DNA of 64,000 nt from an uncultured Eubacteriales bacterium (GTDB lineage Bacteria; Acidobacteriota; Aminicenantia; Aminicenantales; Aminicenantaceae), in the NCBI GenBank assembly GCA_964440805.1, contig CAYTTR010000003.1, positions 22,888 to 86,887 on the forward strand, given 5' to 3'. Of this stretch, positions 20,022 to 30,588 are shown piece by piece. The first letter of the stretch is position 1. Every line of letters begins with the position of its first letter. The translations under genes were made by a program, and so were the position numbers. Under the pieces are notes generated by a model that saw only the letters and a list, made by a program, of their open reading frames with translations, was not told the origin of the DNA and searched no databases.

Positions 20022-20565
20022 AAAGAAGGTAATCGAAAAACTCTATAAAATAAGAGTTAAAGCTGGTTTTCTGGGTATTATTTTAAGCGTGATCCTCAGC
20101 CGGCCTTCACTTTTAAGCCTGGCTATAGGGACCGGCTTAATCTTAACAGGTCTTCTACTCCGGACCTGGGCCTGCGGCCATCTTAAAAAAGACAGTCAAC
20201 TTACCACTTCAGGACCTTACCGCCATACCCGCAATCCTCTTTATTTAGCCAATACCATAATTGGCCTGGGAGTGGCTGCAGGAGCCAATTCTGTCTGGGT
20301 TTTATTAATTGTTTTCACCTATTTTCTCATTTTTTATCCGGTTATTATTTACCGGGAAAAAGAAAGAATGCGATGCAACTTTCCTCGTGAGTATGAAGAG
20401 TACTCAAACAGAGTTCCTCTCTTTTTACCCCGCCTGAAACCTGCCTCCGGCACTGATAAAAAAAAATTCAGTTGGGAACTATATCAAAAAAACAAAGAGA
20501 GCCGGGCTCTCTGGGGCGGCCTCCTTTTCTGGACCGCCATGACCCTAAAAATGCTGCTTTTTTGA
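20014..20565 (+). CDS. isoprenylcysteine carboxyl methyltransferase (ICMT/PEMT-like) family membrane methyltransferase
   Basis: TSGPYRHTRNPLYLAN motif; multiple TM helices. Confidence 0.6.
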   Translation: MDKKKVIEKLYKIRVKAGFLGIILSVILSRPSLLSLAIGTGLILTGLLLRTWACGHLKKDSQLTTSGPYRHTRNPLYLANTIIGLGVAAGANSVWVLLIVFTYFLIFYPVIIYREKERMRCNFPREYEEYSNRVPLFLPRLKPASGTDKKKFSWELYQKNKESRALWGGLLFWTAMTLKMLLF

Positions 20566-20582
20566 ACACTAAGGTAAATCAA

Positions 20583-21182
20583 GTGACAACTAAAGAGAGA
20601 GCAGCCAAAATAAAAAAATTTCTTTCCTTCCGTCAATCCGACCTCAGAGTTGTCCTGGAAGATGTAACCAACACCCATAACGCCAGCGCAGTGGTCAGAA
20701 CTTGTGATGCCGCCGCTATCCTATATCTGGACGTTATCTACAACCAGCCATTTGAGCTTCCGGTGAATGAAGCCATTTCCACCAGAGCAGAAAAATGGCT
20801 CCATTTCACTTACTACTCATCTACAGAAGAATGCTTCACTGCTCTCAAAGGCAAAGGATTTAAAATCGCAGCCACATCTCTTGCTCCTGAATCCCAACTT
20901 TATACTGAAATTGACTATACTCAACCCTTGGCTATAGTATTCGGAAATGAGGCCGAAGGCATCTCACCCAGAGCCAGGGCCCTGGCCGATTATTTAATCA
21001 TGATTCCCATGAAAGGCATGGTTCAAAGCCTTAACCTTTCGGTTTCAGCAGGAATTATTCTTTTTGAAGCCCTCAGGCAGCGGTCTATCTTTAGTGACCC
21101 CAAGAAACACTGCCTTCAACCCCAGGAATATGAATATTTTTTAAAAAAGTGGCTCTACCAAAAAAATTATAATAGTAAATAG
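20583..21182 (+). CDS. SpoU/TrmH family RNA 2'-O-methyltransferase (GTG start; the ORF track extends to 20472)
   Basis: VVLEDVTNTHNASAVVRTCDAAAI motif 1; LIMIPMKGMVQSLNLSVSAGIILFE motif 3. Confidence 0.7.
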   Translation: MTTKERAAKIKKFLSFRQSDLRVVLEDVTNTHNASAVVRTCDAAAILYLDVIYNQPFELPVNEAISTRAEKWLHFTYYSSTEECFTALKGKGFKIAATSLAPESQLYTEIDYTQPLAIVFGNEAEGISPRARALADYLIMIPMKGMVQSLNLSVSAGIILFEALRQRSIFSDPKKHCLQPQEYEYFLKKWLYQKNYNSK

Positions 21183-21230
21183 TAAATGGCAAATAGTAAA
21201 TTGATTGAACCATCTTGAAATATGTTGACT

Positions 21231-21318
21231 AAACAGACTGAACAAACCGAATAGACGAAATCAACACAACTAACGCTATAAACGCAATTAACGCAATTAA
21301 CGCTTCTCTCGTCTCGCC
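21231..21318. repeat. composite intergenic repeat (arrays and GAG-box, reverse orientation)
   Basis: aaacagactgaacaaaccgaatagacgaaa...aacgcaattaacgcaattaacgcttctctcgtctcgcc. Confidence 0.6.
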
Positions 21319-21352
21319 AAAATCCACTTTCCTACTGAATCTACACTGTTTT

Positions 21353-21388
21353 CCAGGGAAAAGGGTGTCCCTTTGGGGAACGTCCCTC
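21353..21388. repeat. palindromic repeat P copy (minus orientation) followed by a T-run; candidate bidirectional terminator between SpoU(+) and HtrA(-)
   Basis: ccagggaaaagggtgtccctttggggaacgtccctc then tttttat. Confidence 0.55.
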
Positions 21389-21449
21389 TTTTTATATGGT
21401 TGGAGAGAGGCACTTAGGCCTCTCCCCCGGAGATGGGAACAAGAGCAGA

Positions 21450-23081
21450 TTAGACTCTTATACCCCGGTACATTCTTAACAGAGAATTCAGTTCTCCCTT
21501 AAATTCTTTCTGCTTTTCCAAAAGTTTCCCGTCTCCTTCCTGCGACTTCTTCTTCAGTTCCTCTCTCAGGTTTTTCATTTTTTCCTGGATTTCCCGGAAT
21601 GATTCCTGCTCCCACTGAAGCATTTTTTCGCCTGTGTTCCGGGAATAAAACTTGAAAGATTCCGGAAAAGCCGGGAAATATCTTCCAAATGAGGTTTTTT
21701 CCCGGGTAATTTTTACATCAGCTTTCTTTTTCTTGCGGTCTCTGAGAAATTCAATCTCTATCTTTTCCCCTTCATTCTTGTTCTGGATGATGCGGCTCAA
21801 GGCATCAACAGACTCAACTCTTTTTCCCTCAGCTCCGACAATTACATCACCCACTTTCAATCCGGCCTCATCGGCCGGACTGCCTTTATCGATCCGGCTT
21901 ACTAAAAGCCCAATTCCTTCTTTTACTCCAAAATACTCGGATAACTCTCGGTTCATCTCCTGAAGATAAACTCCAATGTAGTTCCGGCTTCCCAACTGCC
22001 ATCTGCCGCTTCTTGGTCCAAGGGGAAAAGGCTCGAAGGATTCGGGAATTTTAAACAGGCGGGGAAATTTTCTCTCCAATTCATCCCAAATATTCTCTTC
22101 AGTATATTCTCCCAGTTCGACCTCTATTTCTAATTCTTTTCCATGCCTGAGAATTTTCAGTTTAATCACCTGACCGGGTTTTTGCTGGCGAATGAAATCG
22201 GCAAACATCTTTGTCCCGGTAACTTCATATCCATTAACCTGCAAAACAATATCATGTTTTCTCAATCCGCCCTTTTCAGCCGGGGAATCAGGATCAACCT
22301 CCAGTATTTCCACCTCACCTTTTTCATTCTCACCTATTAAAGCTCCCAACCAGCCCCGCTCTACCTTGCCTTTTTCTTTGATCTCTGAGGCCACTCTGAC
22401 CACTACATCAACGGGAACGGCCAAGGCCATCCCGGAGGCAGGAGCCTGAGCGGCACTAAAGACATAGCCTGAACCTACCACTTGTCTTTCTTTGAACTCA
22501 AAGACTACCGGTTGGTTATCATAGTAGATTCCCCTGAGAAGACCAATCATTTTTCCTTGATCATTCACTACCGGGCTGCCGCTTGAACCGGGCACTACCC
22601 AGACATTCAGCCGGAGGCGCTCATCGCCAATAGAACTGACGATGCCCTGGGTAACAGCCGGCCTGTTTTCCGGGGAAACGGAAACAACTCCAATCCAGGA
22701 ACCGGGAGAAATTTCCCGGCTGTCTCCTAATGGAACAGCAGGCAGCTTAGCTTCAGTTTTGATAAGAGCCAGATGAGTCAAGGGGTCCATGCCGGCCAAA
22801 ACAGCCTCAAATCTGTTTCCCTCGGTATCAATAATATGAATTTTTTCATCTCTTGGAGTAATAAGAGCAGTGGTAACAATATATCCTTCCTTATCAAAAA
22901 CCACTCCGGTAGCAATTTTTCTGGTAAAGTTCCTGACTTCAACCCTTACTACAGAAGGAGAGATTTGCTTGAGAATTTCAGGCACATCTTCATCTTTGGG
23001 TAATGAATAGGCCGGGAAAACAGAGATTATAAGAAAACTCAAAATTAGGCTTATAATTACAGCTCCTTTTTGTTTTTGCAT
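21450..23081 (-). CDS. htrA: periplasmic trypsin-like serine endoprotease with two PDZ domains (HtrA/DegP/DegQ family)
   Basis: signal peptide; catalytic GSSGSPVVN; two PDZ segments. Confidence 0.8.
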   Translation of the reverse strand: MQKQKGAVIISLILSFLIISVFPAYSLPKDEDVPEILKQISPSVVRVEVRNFTRKIATGVVFDKEGYIVTTALITPRDEKIHIIDTEGNRFEAVLAGMDPLTHLALIKTEAKLPAVPLGDSREISPGSWIGVVSVSPENRPAVTQGIVSSIGDERLRLNVWVVPGSSGSPVVNDQGKMIGLLRGIYYDNQPVVFEFKERQVVGSGYVFSAAQAPASGMALAVPVDVVVRVASEIKEKGKVERGWLGALIGENEKGEVEILEVDPDSPAEKGGLRKHDIVLQVNGYEVTGTKMFADFIRQQKPGQVIKLKILRHGKELEIEVELGEYTEENIWDELERKFPRLFKIPESFEPFPLGPRSGRWQLGSRNYIGVYLQEMNRELSEYFGVKEGIGLLVSRIDKGSPADEAGLKVGDVIVGAEGKRVESVDALSRIIQNKNEGEKIEIEFLRDRKKKKADVKITREKTSFGRYFPAFPESFKFYSRNTGEKMLQWEQESFREIQEKMKNLREELKKKSQEGDGKLLEKQKEFKGELNSLLRMYRGIRV

Positions 23082-23096
23082 CTTATTCTTTCCTCC

Positions 23097-23492
23097 TTAA
23101 TATTTAACTGGTGTACCGGGACTATCAGAAACCTGCTCCAGAATATATATGGTCGGCGTTTTTTGTCTTTCTCTTCTGAATTCACCATTGTAGGTCACTT
23201 GCTCGGTAATAGGGAATACTCTTTCCCCGCTATATCTCACTTCCGGGTCAAACGGAATGTCAGCTTTTTTGGCATCCGCCTGATCTGTCAGGGGTTGATG
23301 AGGAATGATAAGGACTGAAATTATAAGAAAAGCCAGGATTATTGTCCCGGCGGCTCCAGCCAAAGAAAGCCCGAGAGTGCGGATTCTTTTCCTCTTTATC
23401 TTTCGTTCTATCAACATCCCCCCAACTTGACTCTCGAAATCCGGAGGAGCCTTTACTCGTTTCATACTTTTTAAAAGTTCAATCTCATCCAT
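23097..23492 (-). CDS. putative membrane-anchored anti-sigma factor
   Basis: 131 aa, single TM, overlaps the stop of the upstream ECF sigma gene by 8 nt; assigned by context only. Confidence 0.4.
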   Translation of the reverse strand: MDEIELLKSMKRVKAPPDFESQVGGMLIERKIKRKRIRTLGLSLAGAAGTIILAFLIISVLIIPHQPLTDQADAKKADIPFDPEVRYSGERVFPITEQVTYNGEFRRERQKTPTIYILEQVSDSPGTPVKY

Positions 23493-24105
23493 TTTCCCCT
23501 TCTCCTTCTTTAAAAAAATCCTCCTTATTAGAGAATTTCTCCAATTCTTTTCTTAAATAGTTTCTTCCCCGGCTGATACGGGCCTTGATTGTTCCTACCG
23601 GTACCTTCATAATTTGGGCGATTTCCTCCTGGGAAAAACCCTCCATATCCTTCAGAACAACCGGAATCCGGTAACGCGGGTGAAGGTTATTTAGGGCCCG
23701 GCGAAGAATTCTTATTGAATCTTTCTTTTCCGGTGAATCAAAGGAAGCCTCTTCCTCAATAAAAAAATCCTGTACCTCATCGAAAGAGACAGCAGACATT
23801 TTTCGCTTTTTTTTCAAATCGGTTTTGGCTAAGTTGGCGGCTATGGTGTAAATCCAGGAACTGAAAGGAGCAACCGGCTGGTACTGCTTGGCTTTGAAAT
23901 AAACTCTCATAAATGTCTCCTGGGCCAGCTCCACTGCTCTTTCATAATCCCCGGTGAGCTGCCAGATGAAATTGACCATCCTGTCTTTGTAGGCCCTGAC
24001 GATCTTTCCAAAAGCCGCTTCATCACCATCTTTAATCCGCTCCATCAGTTCTTGTTCATCCATCTCCAATTCCTTGTAACCTTTAAGTCCAGTTTTTCGT
24101 TGCAT
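23485..24105 (-). CDS. ECF-subfamily sigma-70 factor (sigmaE-like)
   Basis: region 2 ...FIWQLTGDYERAVELAQETFMRVY; region 4 HTH EEIAQIMKVPVGTIKARISRGR. Confidence 0.8.
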   Translation of the reverse strand: MQRKTGLKGYKELEMDEQELMERIKDGDEAAFGKIVRAYKDRMVNFIWQLTGDYERAVELAQETFMRVYFKAKQYQPVAPFSSWIYTIAANLAKTDLKKKRKMSAVSFDEVQDFFIEEEASFDSPEKKDSIRILRRALNNLHPRYRIPVVLKDMEGFSQEEIAQIMKVPVGTIKARISRGRNYLRKELEKFSNKEDFFKEGEGENG

Positions 24106-24182
24106 TTTCAGCCCGGAGATAATAAATTCCTTTTTTTTGAAAAATCAATTCTTTTCCCTCCGTTTTGAATGTTTATAATATC

Positions 24183-24389
24183 ACAATAAGAAATCATCAG
24201 ATATGCCCGGAGCGACATTGAGGCGCTAGTCTTCTCGAGCCGCTATTCGAGGGAATCTGATTTCGTCGGACGGCGAGTGCGCATTAAGCTGACGGAATGG
24301 AGTTACGCAGCCGCCGAGAAGAGCGGTGAGAGAATGGCGAAAAAAGCGCCGAAGTAAAGCGGAGGGCATACCTGATGATTTCTTATTGT
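24183..24389. mobile_element. TIR-bounded roughly 207-bp element (MITE-like or structured ncRNA), copy A
   Basis: 25-bp TIRs cacaataagaaatcatcagatatgccc / gggcatacctgatgatttcttattgt (1 mismatch); core homologous to 12029-12283 with compensatory stem changes. Confidence 0.55.
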
Positions 24390-24451
24390 TCAGAATCAAG
24401 TACAATAAAATGGAAAAAGAATCATTCGGGCAAATTGTATTTATAAAAAAA

Positions 24452-24958
24452 TCAGCCCTTCTCCTCAAGTTCAACCAAAATTTTATCAACATCTACCAAC
24501 AGCCCCTCAGAAACATGGACTTTCTTGACTACCCCGTCGATGGAGCATCTCAACTCGTTTTCCATCTTCATGGCTTCAACCACCACTAAGGTTTGATTCT
24601 TTTTAACTTCATCACTGTCTTTAACCAGAATTTTAATAACTTTCCCGGGCATAGGAGCTTTTATCTGCAGTTTATCCGCCGAAGACATTCCCTCATCTTC
24701 GTCAAAAACCTCTTTATCCTCAACCGGCTCCTGAACCAGCCATTGTTCTCCGTTAACATAGCACAGGTATTTGTCATTATCTGAAACAATGTAAACCACC
24801 AGGGCTGAATCTCCCATGACAAGGGAAAGGCAGTTAGGTGAAACCCATTGAACATCTGCCTGAAGAGTTTCTTCACCGAAGCTTGCCAGGTATCCTTTCT
24901 CTGATTTTTCCAGGGAAAGGGTACGAATTTGACCATCCAGCAACAATTCAAAGTCCAT
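24452..24958 (-). CDS. biotin carboxyl carrier protein (standalone biotinyl domain)
   Basis: VVVEAMKMENEL biotinylation motif. Confidence 0.8.
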   Translation of the reverse strand: MDFELLLDGQIRTLSLEKSEKGYLASFGEETLQADVQWVSPNCLSLVMGDSALVVYIVSDNDKYLCYVNGEQWLVQEPVEDKEVFDEDEGMSSADKLQIKAPMPGKVIKILVKDSDEVKKNQTLVVVEAMKMENELRCSIDGVVKKVHVSEGLLVDVDKILVELEEKG

Positions 24959-24959
24959 G

Positions 24960-26468
24960 TTATCTCCCCTTTCCTAAACGCCAGCGACCAAGTTCCTGCC
25001 AGGGGGAAAAAACCTCCTTCACCTCTCCTCGAGAATCTCTGCGTCCCGGTTTCACTGCGGCTGTTTTAAGAGCAGCCGCCAAAAGAGCGAACTTGGCTCC
25101 TTCTTCACTCTTGGCAGCCGGTTTCCATTTTTCAAAATGGCGGTTAATGAAATGGGTGGTTGTTCGGCCTTTGAGAAACTCAGGATGATTAACCACCTGC
25201 TTTAGAAAAAGGACTGTGGTCTGTATACCCAAGATTACATAATCACTTAGAGCCTGAATCATTCTCCGGCAGGCTTTCTCCCGGTTTTCTCCCCAAACAA
25301 TAAGCTTGGCCAGAATGGGATCATAGTAAATAGGTACCTCGAAGCCGCTGTAAACACCACCGTCATGTCTTATTCCCGGGCCGCATGGTTCTTTGTAGAA
25401 AAGTATTTTCCCTGAGGAAGGAAGAAAATTATTGGCCGGGTCCTCAGCATAAATCCGGCATTCAAGGGCATGGCCTCTCTGACTCAGCTCTTCCTGGGAA
25501 AAAGCAAGCTTTTCACCGGCAGCCACCCGGAGCTGCTGATGAACCAGATCAATGCCCGTAGTAAACTCTGTGACCGGATGTTCTACTTGCAGCCTGGCAT
25601 TTACTTCCAAGAAATAAAAGTTTTTATTTTTATCAAGGAGAAATTCCACTGTTCCGGCATTGGTATATCCGGCTGTTTTCATGACTTTTACAGCGGTTGC
25701 GCCCATTTTTTCTCTTAATTCCGGAGTAAGGGCCGGTGATGGAGTCTCTTCCACTATTTTTTGGTGGCGGCGCTGGATGGAACATTCCCTCTCAAAAAGA
25801 TGAACCACATTTCCATGCTGATCAGCCAGAACCTGGAATTCCACATGGCGGGGCTCTTCGATATATTTTTCAAGGTAAACCGATTCATCTCCAAAAGCAG
25901 ATTTAGCTTCTCTCATTCCTCCTTCAAGGGATGACCTGAGGTTTTCTGCCTGATAGATAATCCTCATTCCTTTTCCCCCTCCACCGGCTGAAGCTTTAAT
26001 CATCAAGGGATATCCGATCTTTTCCGCCTCTTTTTCGTATTCTTCAAAGCGCTGCAAGATTCCTTTCATTCCAGGGATTATAGGAACTCCTGCTTTTTCC
26101 ATGGTCTGACGGGAACAAATTTTGTCTCCAACCAGGTCCATTGCCTGGGAATTTGGTCCAATAAAAACAATGCCTTCATCTTCACATAAACGGGCAAAGT
26201 GAGGATTCTCGGCTAAAAAGCCGTAACCTGGATGAATGGCCTTAGCCCCGGTTTTATGGGCAGTGTCAACAATCCGCTCCATGTTCAAATAACTCTCCAG
26301 GGCCGGCGGAGGACCGATACAAACAGCTTCATCGGCTGTCAGGACATGGAGGGCATTCCGGTCCGACTCAGAGAAAACAGCGACCGTCTTGATATCCAGT
26401 TCCCGGCAGGCCTTAATAATTCTAACCGCAATTTCGCCTCTGTTGGCAATCAGGACTTTATCGAACAT
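24960..26468 (-). CDS. biotin carboxylase (ATP-grasp; alpha-subunit function of an acyl-CoA carboxylase)
   Basis: KVLIANRGEIAVRIIKACRELDI N-terminus, ATP-grasp motifs, 502 aa. Confidence 0.9.
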   Translation of the reverse strand: MFDKVLIANRGEIAVRIIKACRELDIKTVAVFSESDRNALHVLTADEAVCIGPPPALESYLNMERIVDTAHKTGAKAIHPGYGFLAENPHFARLCEDEGIVFIGPNSQAMDLVGDKICSRQTMEKAGVPIIPGMKGILQRFEEYEKEAEKIGYPLMIKASAGGGGKGMRIIYQAENLRSSLEGGMREAKSAFGDESVYLEKYIEEPRHVEFQVLADQHGNVVHLFERECSIQRRHQKIVEETPSPALTPELREKMGATAVKVMKTAGYTNAGTVEFLLDKNKNFYFLEVNARLQVEHPVTEFTTGIDLVHQQLRVAAGEKLAFSQEELSQRGHALECRIYAEDPANNFLPSSGKILFYKEPCGPGIRHDGGVYSGFEVPIYYDPILAKLIVWGENREKACRRMIQALSDYVILGIQTTVLFLKQVVNHPEFLKGRTTTHFINRHFEKWKPAAKSEEGAKFALLAAALKTAAVKPGRRDSRGEVKEVFSPWQELGRWRLGKGR

Positions 26469-26488
26469 GATTAACCTCTATTTGTGTT

Positions 26489-27295
26489 TTATTCCGACTC
26501 ATCTCCGGCCCAGAACGGCTTTCTCTTCTCCAGAAAAGCAGCCATTCCCTCTTGGCCTTCACGGCTTACTCTGAGCTGGGCAATCATGCGGGCAGTAAAG
26601 GGTTTGGCTTCTTCCAGACTCATGGCCGGCACCCGAAGAAGGAGTTCCTTGCAGCATGCAATGGCTTCCGGGCCGGAACTCAACAGCAAGTCAACCAATT
26701 CCTTCCCCGCTGATTTTAGCCCGGAAAGGGGAACCACCCGGTTTACAAGACCGATTTCCTTTGCAATATCAGCAGTAATTCTTTTTCCGGTAATAAAATA
26801 TTCCCGGGCCCGGCTTTCTCCGATTTTGCGGACCACATAAGGAGAAATAGCTGCCGGAACCAGTCCAATCTTCACTTCACTCAAGCCGAAGCTGGCACTT
26901 TGTGCTGCAATCGCAATGTCACAGGCTGAAAGAAAACCTGTTCCCCCTCCGATAGCTGCCCCATTCACCAAAGCAATGGTTGGTTTGGAAAGAGTGTAAA
27001 TACGGTGAAGAAGTTCTGCCACCTGAAGCGATTCTTTGAGATTCTGCTCAAAAGAATAGCGGATTATCTCCCGCATCCAGTTGAGGTCTGCTCCGGCACA
27101 GAATGACTTTCCGGCACCGGTCAGCACCACCACTCTTATTTCTTTCTCCATGGCTTCCTGCTGAAAAACCCGGTTCAGTTCTTCAATCATCTGCGCATTG
27201 AAAGCATTGTGGACTTCAGGCCTGTTGAGGATTATTCGCAGAAGCTTTTTTTCTTTTTCTACACAAATTGTGTCTAAGGTCTTTTTAGTATTCAT
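26489..27295 (-). CDS. enoyl-CoA hydratase/isomerase (crotonase; methylglutaconyl-CoA hydratase-like)
   Basis: crotonase fold motifs AAINGAAIGGG / SASFGLSEVKIGL. Confidence 0.8.
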   Translation of the reverse strand: MNTKKTLDTICVEKEKKLLRIILNRPEVHNAFNAQMIEELNRVFQQEAMEKEIRVVVLTGAGKSFCAGADLNWMREIIRYSFEQNLKESLQVAELLHRIYTLSKPTIALVNGAAIGGGTGFLSACDIAIAAQSASFGLSEVKIGLVPAAISPYVVRKIGESRAREYFITGKRITADIAKEIGLVNRVVPLSGLKSAGKELVDLLLSSGPEAIACCKELLLRVPAMSLEEAKPFTARMIAQLRVSREGQEGMAAFLEKRKPFWAGDESE

Positions 27296-27297
27296 CT

Positions 27298-28905
27298 TTA
27301 CATCCTGAAAATACCAACTTTGTAGTCTGGGATGGGAGCGTTAAGGCTCATGGAAATACCCAGGGCTAAGGCTTCCCTTGTTTCCAGCGGATCAAGGATT
27401 CCGTCATCCCATAGTCGGGCAGTGCTGTAGTAAGGGCTGGCTTCATGCTCGTATTTTTCCAGAATCGGTTTCATGAACTGCTTCATTTCTTCTTCGGTCA
27501 TATCCTTGCCTTTGTCTTTCATTCTCTTGACTTTAACCGTAAAGAGGACATTAGCAGCCTGCTCACCGCCCATAACACTTATCCTGGCGTTAGGCCACAT
27601 CCAGAGAAGCCTGGGCCCATAAGCCCGGCCGCACATGGCGTAATTACCAGCTCCATAAGAACCGCCGACGATAACAGTAAATTTGGGAACATCAGCGTTG
27701 GCCACAGCATGAACCAGTTTGGCTCCATCCTTGGCGATTCCTTTGTGTTCATATTCCTTGCCCACAATAAAACCAGTGATGTTCTGCAGAAAAAGAAGAG
27801 GAATTTTCCTCATGGAACAAAGGGTTACAAAGTGAGCCCCTTTCAATGAGCTCTCAGAAAAAAGTACACCGTTGTTGGCCAGGATTCCAACCGGGTAACC
27901 CATAATCCGGGCAAAGCCGCAAACAAGAGTCTGGCCGTAGAGCTCCTTGAATTCCTGAAAGCGGCTGCCGTCAACTAAGCGGGCAATGACTTCCTTGATA
28001 TTAAAAGAACGTCGAAGATCCTTGGGAATAATTCCGTAGAGTTCCTGGGGATCATAATAAGGCTCATCCGGCTCAGTCACATCCAGGGGGAATTTGCGCG
28101 GAGGATCCAAGGTTTCGACAATATTACGGGCAATCTGAAGGGCATGCTCATCATTGAGGGCATAATAGTCTGAAACACCTGATATGCGGCAGTGGACATC
28201 AGCTCCTCCCAGCTCTTCATCGGTAACTTCCTCGCCGGTGGCAGCCTTAACCAAGGGCGGACCGCCGATAAATATAGTTCCCTGGCGCCGGACAATCACG
28301 GTTTCATCACTCATGGCCGGCACATAAGCCCCTCCGGCCGTACAAGAACCCATAACAATTGAAATCTGGGGAACACCGAGAGCTGAAAGCCGGGCTTGAT
28401 CGTAAAATATCCGGCCGAAATGTTCTTTATCGGGAAAAGTGCCTGCCTGGTGCGGTAAAAATATTCCTCCTGAATCTACCAGATAAATGCAAGGCAGGCG
28501 GTTTTCCAAAGCCACTTCCTGAGCCCTGACATGTTTCTTAATGGTCATAGGGAAATAAGTTCCCCCTTTGACAGTGGCATCATTGGCCACCACCAGCACT
28601 TCCCGGCCGTGAACTTCTCCGACTCCGGTTATCATACTGGCAGCCGGAGCCTCATTATCGTACATATCGTAGGCGGCCAGAGGGCTTAATTCCAGAAAGG
28701 GAGTATTTTTATCGAAAAGCTTCTCCAGCCTCTCCCGCACCAGCAGCTTTCCTCTTGATTCATGAAGTTCTCGATACTTGGGGGGGCCGCCTTTTTGGAT
28801 TTTATTTAGGCGGCTTTTATAAGTCTCGACCACCTTTTTGTTTGTTTCAAAATTTTCCCGGAACTCAGGGCTCCGGGTATCAACCTTACTTTCCAGACGA
28901 AACAT
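27298..28905 (-). CDS. acyl-CoA carboxylase carboxyltransferase subunit (methylcrotonyl-CoA / propionyl-CoA carboxylase beta-like)
   Basis: 535 aa; N- and C-terminal carboxyltransferase halves; resembles MccB/LiuB. Confidence 0.85.
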   Translation of the reverse strand: MFRLESKVDTRSPEFRENFETNKKVVETYKSRLNKIQKGGPPKYRELHESRGKLLVRERLEKLFDKNTPFLELSPLAAYDMYDNEAPAASMITGVGEVHGREVLVVANDATVKGGTYFPMTIKKHVRAQEVALENRLPCIYLVDSGGIFLPHQAGTFPDKEHFGRIFYDQARLSALGVPQISIVMGSCTAGGAYVPAMSDETVIVRRQGTIFIGGPPLVKAATGEEVTDEELGGADVHCRISGVSDYYALNDEHALQIARNIVETLDPPRKFPLDVTEPDEPYYDPQELYGIIPKDLRRSFNIKEVIARLVDGSRFQEFKELYGQTLVCGFARIMGYPVGILANNGVLFSESSLKGAHFVTLCSMRKIPLLFLQNITGFIVGKEYEHKGIAKDGAKLVHAVANADVPKFTVIVGGSYGAGNYAMCGRAYGPRLLWMWPNARISVMGGEQAANVLFTVKVKRMKDKGKDMTEEEMKQFMKPILEKYEHEASPYYSTARLWDDGILDPLETREALALGISMSLNAPIPDYKVGIFRM

Positions 28906-29016
28906 ACCGCACTCCTTCTCTTTTTTCTGCGGGAAGTGACCAGATCTGCATCTGGTGCAGCTTCAATCCTTGAATGATTCAGAATAAATCCCGGTCACAT
29001 CCTGGTTATTTATCAA

Positions 29017-29409
29017 TTATTCAGGTACGAATTTATAGCCGTAACAGATAATGCCGGCCTCGCCCTCCTCAAATATCTTGCGAAATTCTATTTTAACCGG
29101 CAGCCCTACCCGCAGTTCATTAAAAGAGCAGTCCACTATTTGAGCCATTACTTTCACTCCATCTTCCAGCTCAACAATTCCCATGGCATAAGGAGTCTGG
29201 TCAACAAATTGGTGCGGAGGAACCCTGATAACGGTATAAGTTAGAACCTTTCCTTTTTCAGCCAGCTTGACGGGGTCAAATTCCTTGGAACCGCAGGCAG
29301 CACAAATTAGGCGGGGCGGGAAATAAATCTGGCCGCAGCGGCGGCATTTTTCGGCCTCCAGCCGGTATCTCTGAGGGATTTCTCTCCAATATTTTGACGG
29401 TGTAGGCAT
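29017..29409 (-). CDS. DUF35 Zn-ribbon/OB-fold protein (partner of archaeal-type thiolase/HMG-CoA synthase complex)
   Basis: CRRCGQIYFPPRLICAACGS Zn-ribbon then OB-fold; adjacent to thiolase and HMGCS. Confidence 0.7.
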   Translation of the reverse strand: MPTPSKYWREIPQRYRLEAEKCRRCGQIYFPPRLICAACGSKEFDPVKLAEKGKVLTYTVIRVPPHQFVDQTPYAMGIVELEDGVKVMAQIVDCSFNELRVGLPVKIEFRKIFEEGEAGIICYGYKFVPE

Positions 29410-29420
29410 GGTTTCCTCCT

Positions 29421-30578
29421 TTACTCTTCCCTTTCTAAGATGTGGACTACTGTACTTCCTCCACTGCCGCCCATATTCTGGGTCATTCCAATCCTGGCAT
29501 TTTTAACCTGGCGGGCTTCAGCCTGGCCGCGGAGCTGTTTGACCACTTCCACTACCTGGGCCGCTCCGGTAGCACCAACTGGATGGCCTTTGGCTTTCAG
29601 GCCACCGCTTGGATTGACCGGAATTTTTCCGTCAAGCGAAGTCAATCTACTCTGGACAGCCGGTCCGGACTGACCTTTTTCAAAAAATCCCAGAGCTTCA
29701 AGGACACATAGTTCAGCAATAGTGAAACAATCGTGGACTTCCACTAGGTCAATATCCTCAGTTTTTCTCCCTGCCATGGCGTAAGCTTGTTTGCCTGCCT
29801 GGTGAGTGGCCTCAAGCCAGGTAATATCCTTCCTCTGGGCTAAGGCAATGGAATCAGTGGCCTGTCCGGTTCCGGTAATTTTTATAACCGGTTTTCTTTT
29901 GGAGCGGACCAAATCGGCCGGGCAAAGAATGACGGCAGCCGCTCCATCTGTAATGGGCGAGCAATCCAGAATACGGAGGGGATCCGCCACCATTACAGAA
30001 TTCAGGACTGCTTCCACCGTCACTTCAAAAGGAAACTGGGCCAATGGATTCCGGGCTCCATTGAAATGATTTTTAACCGCTACCATGGCCAACTGTTCCC
30101 GGGTGGTACCGTATTTTTCCATGTGAGCCCGGGCAATCAATGCATACAGGCCGGGAAAAGTAATGCCGTGGTAGCCCTCATATTCCTGGTCTGCTGCAGT
30201 TCCCAGGGCATAAGTGGCTTCATGGCCGCTAACATCGGTCATTTTTTCAATTCCGCCGGCCAGAACTATATCGCTCATACCCGAAGCAACTTCGATGAAG
30301 CCCTGTCTGACTGCCAGTCCACCTGAGGCGCAGGCTGACTCAACTCTGGAAGCAGGCACAGGTGCCATTCCTAAATAATCAGCCAGAAGAGAGGCTATAT
30401 GTTCCTGGCCCACGAAAAGGCCTGAGGACATGGAGCCGATATACATAGAATCAACTTTATCTACTCCGGCATCATCCAAGGCCAGCAAAGCTGTCTCCAC
30501 AAATATATCCCGGAGGGATTGCTCCCAGAGCTCCCCCCACTTAGCCATCCCGATTCCTAATACAGCTACTTCTCTCAT
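29421..30578 (-). CDS. thiolase (acetyl-CoA C-acetyltransferase, SCP-x-like archaeal-type)
   Basis: thiolase fold with active-site Cys region ESACASGG; the start probably lies at the internal Met (the ORF track extends to 30635). Confidence 0.8.
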   Translation of the reverse strand: MREVAVLGIGMAKWGELWEQSLRDIFVETALLALDDAGVDKVDSMYIGSMSSGLFVGQEHIASLLADYLGMAPVPASRVESACASGGLAVRQGFIEVASGMSDIVLAGGIEKMTDVSGHEATYALGTAADQEYEGYHGITFPGLYALIARAHMEKYGTTREQLAMVAVKNHFNGARNPLAQFPFEVTVEAVLNSVMVADPLRILDCSPITDGAAAVILCPADLVRSKRKPVIKITGTGQATDSIALAQRKDITWLEATHQAGKQAYAMAGRKTEDIDLVEVHDCFTIAELCVLEALGFFEKGQSGPAVQSRLTSLDGKIPVNPSGGLKAKGHPVGATGAAQVVEVVKQLRGQAEARQVKNARIGMTQNMGGSGGSTVVHILEREE

Positions 30579-30588
30579 CTCTTCCTCC

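Noticed and set aside
20472-20582. Extended N-terminus of the SpoU methyltransferase overlapping the ICMT-like gene
   Set aside because: The extension overlaps the upstream CDS by 94 nt and adds residues not seen in SpoU family proteins. A GTG at 20583 with an AAGG RBS gives the canonical N-terminus.
24183-24389. Known housekeeping ncRNA (tmRNA, RNase P, SRP RNA, 6S) for the TIR-bounded element
   Set aside because: None of the conserved motifs of those RNAs (tmRNA tRNA-like ends, RNase P GGAAAGUCCGGGCUCC-type P4 region, SRP GGAA tetraloop helix) could be recognised. The element is present in two copies with TIRs.
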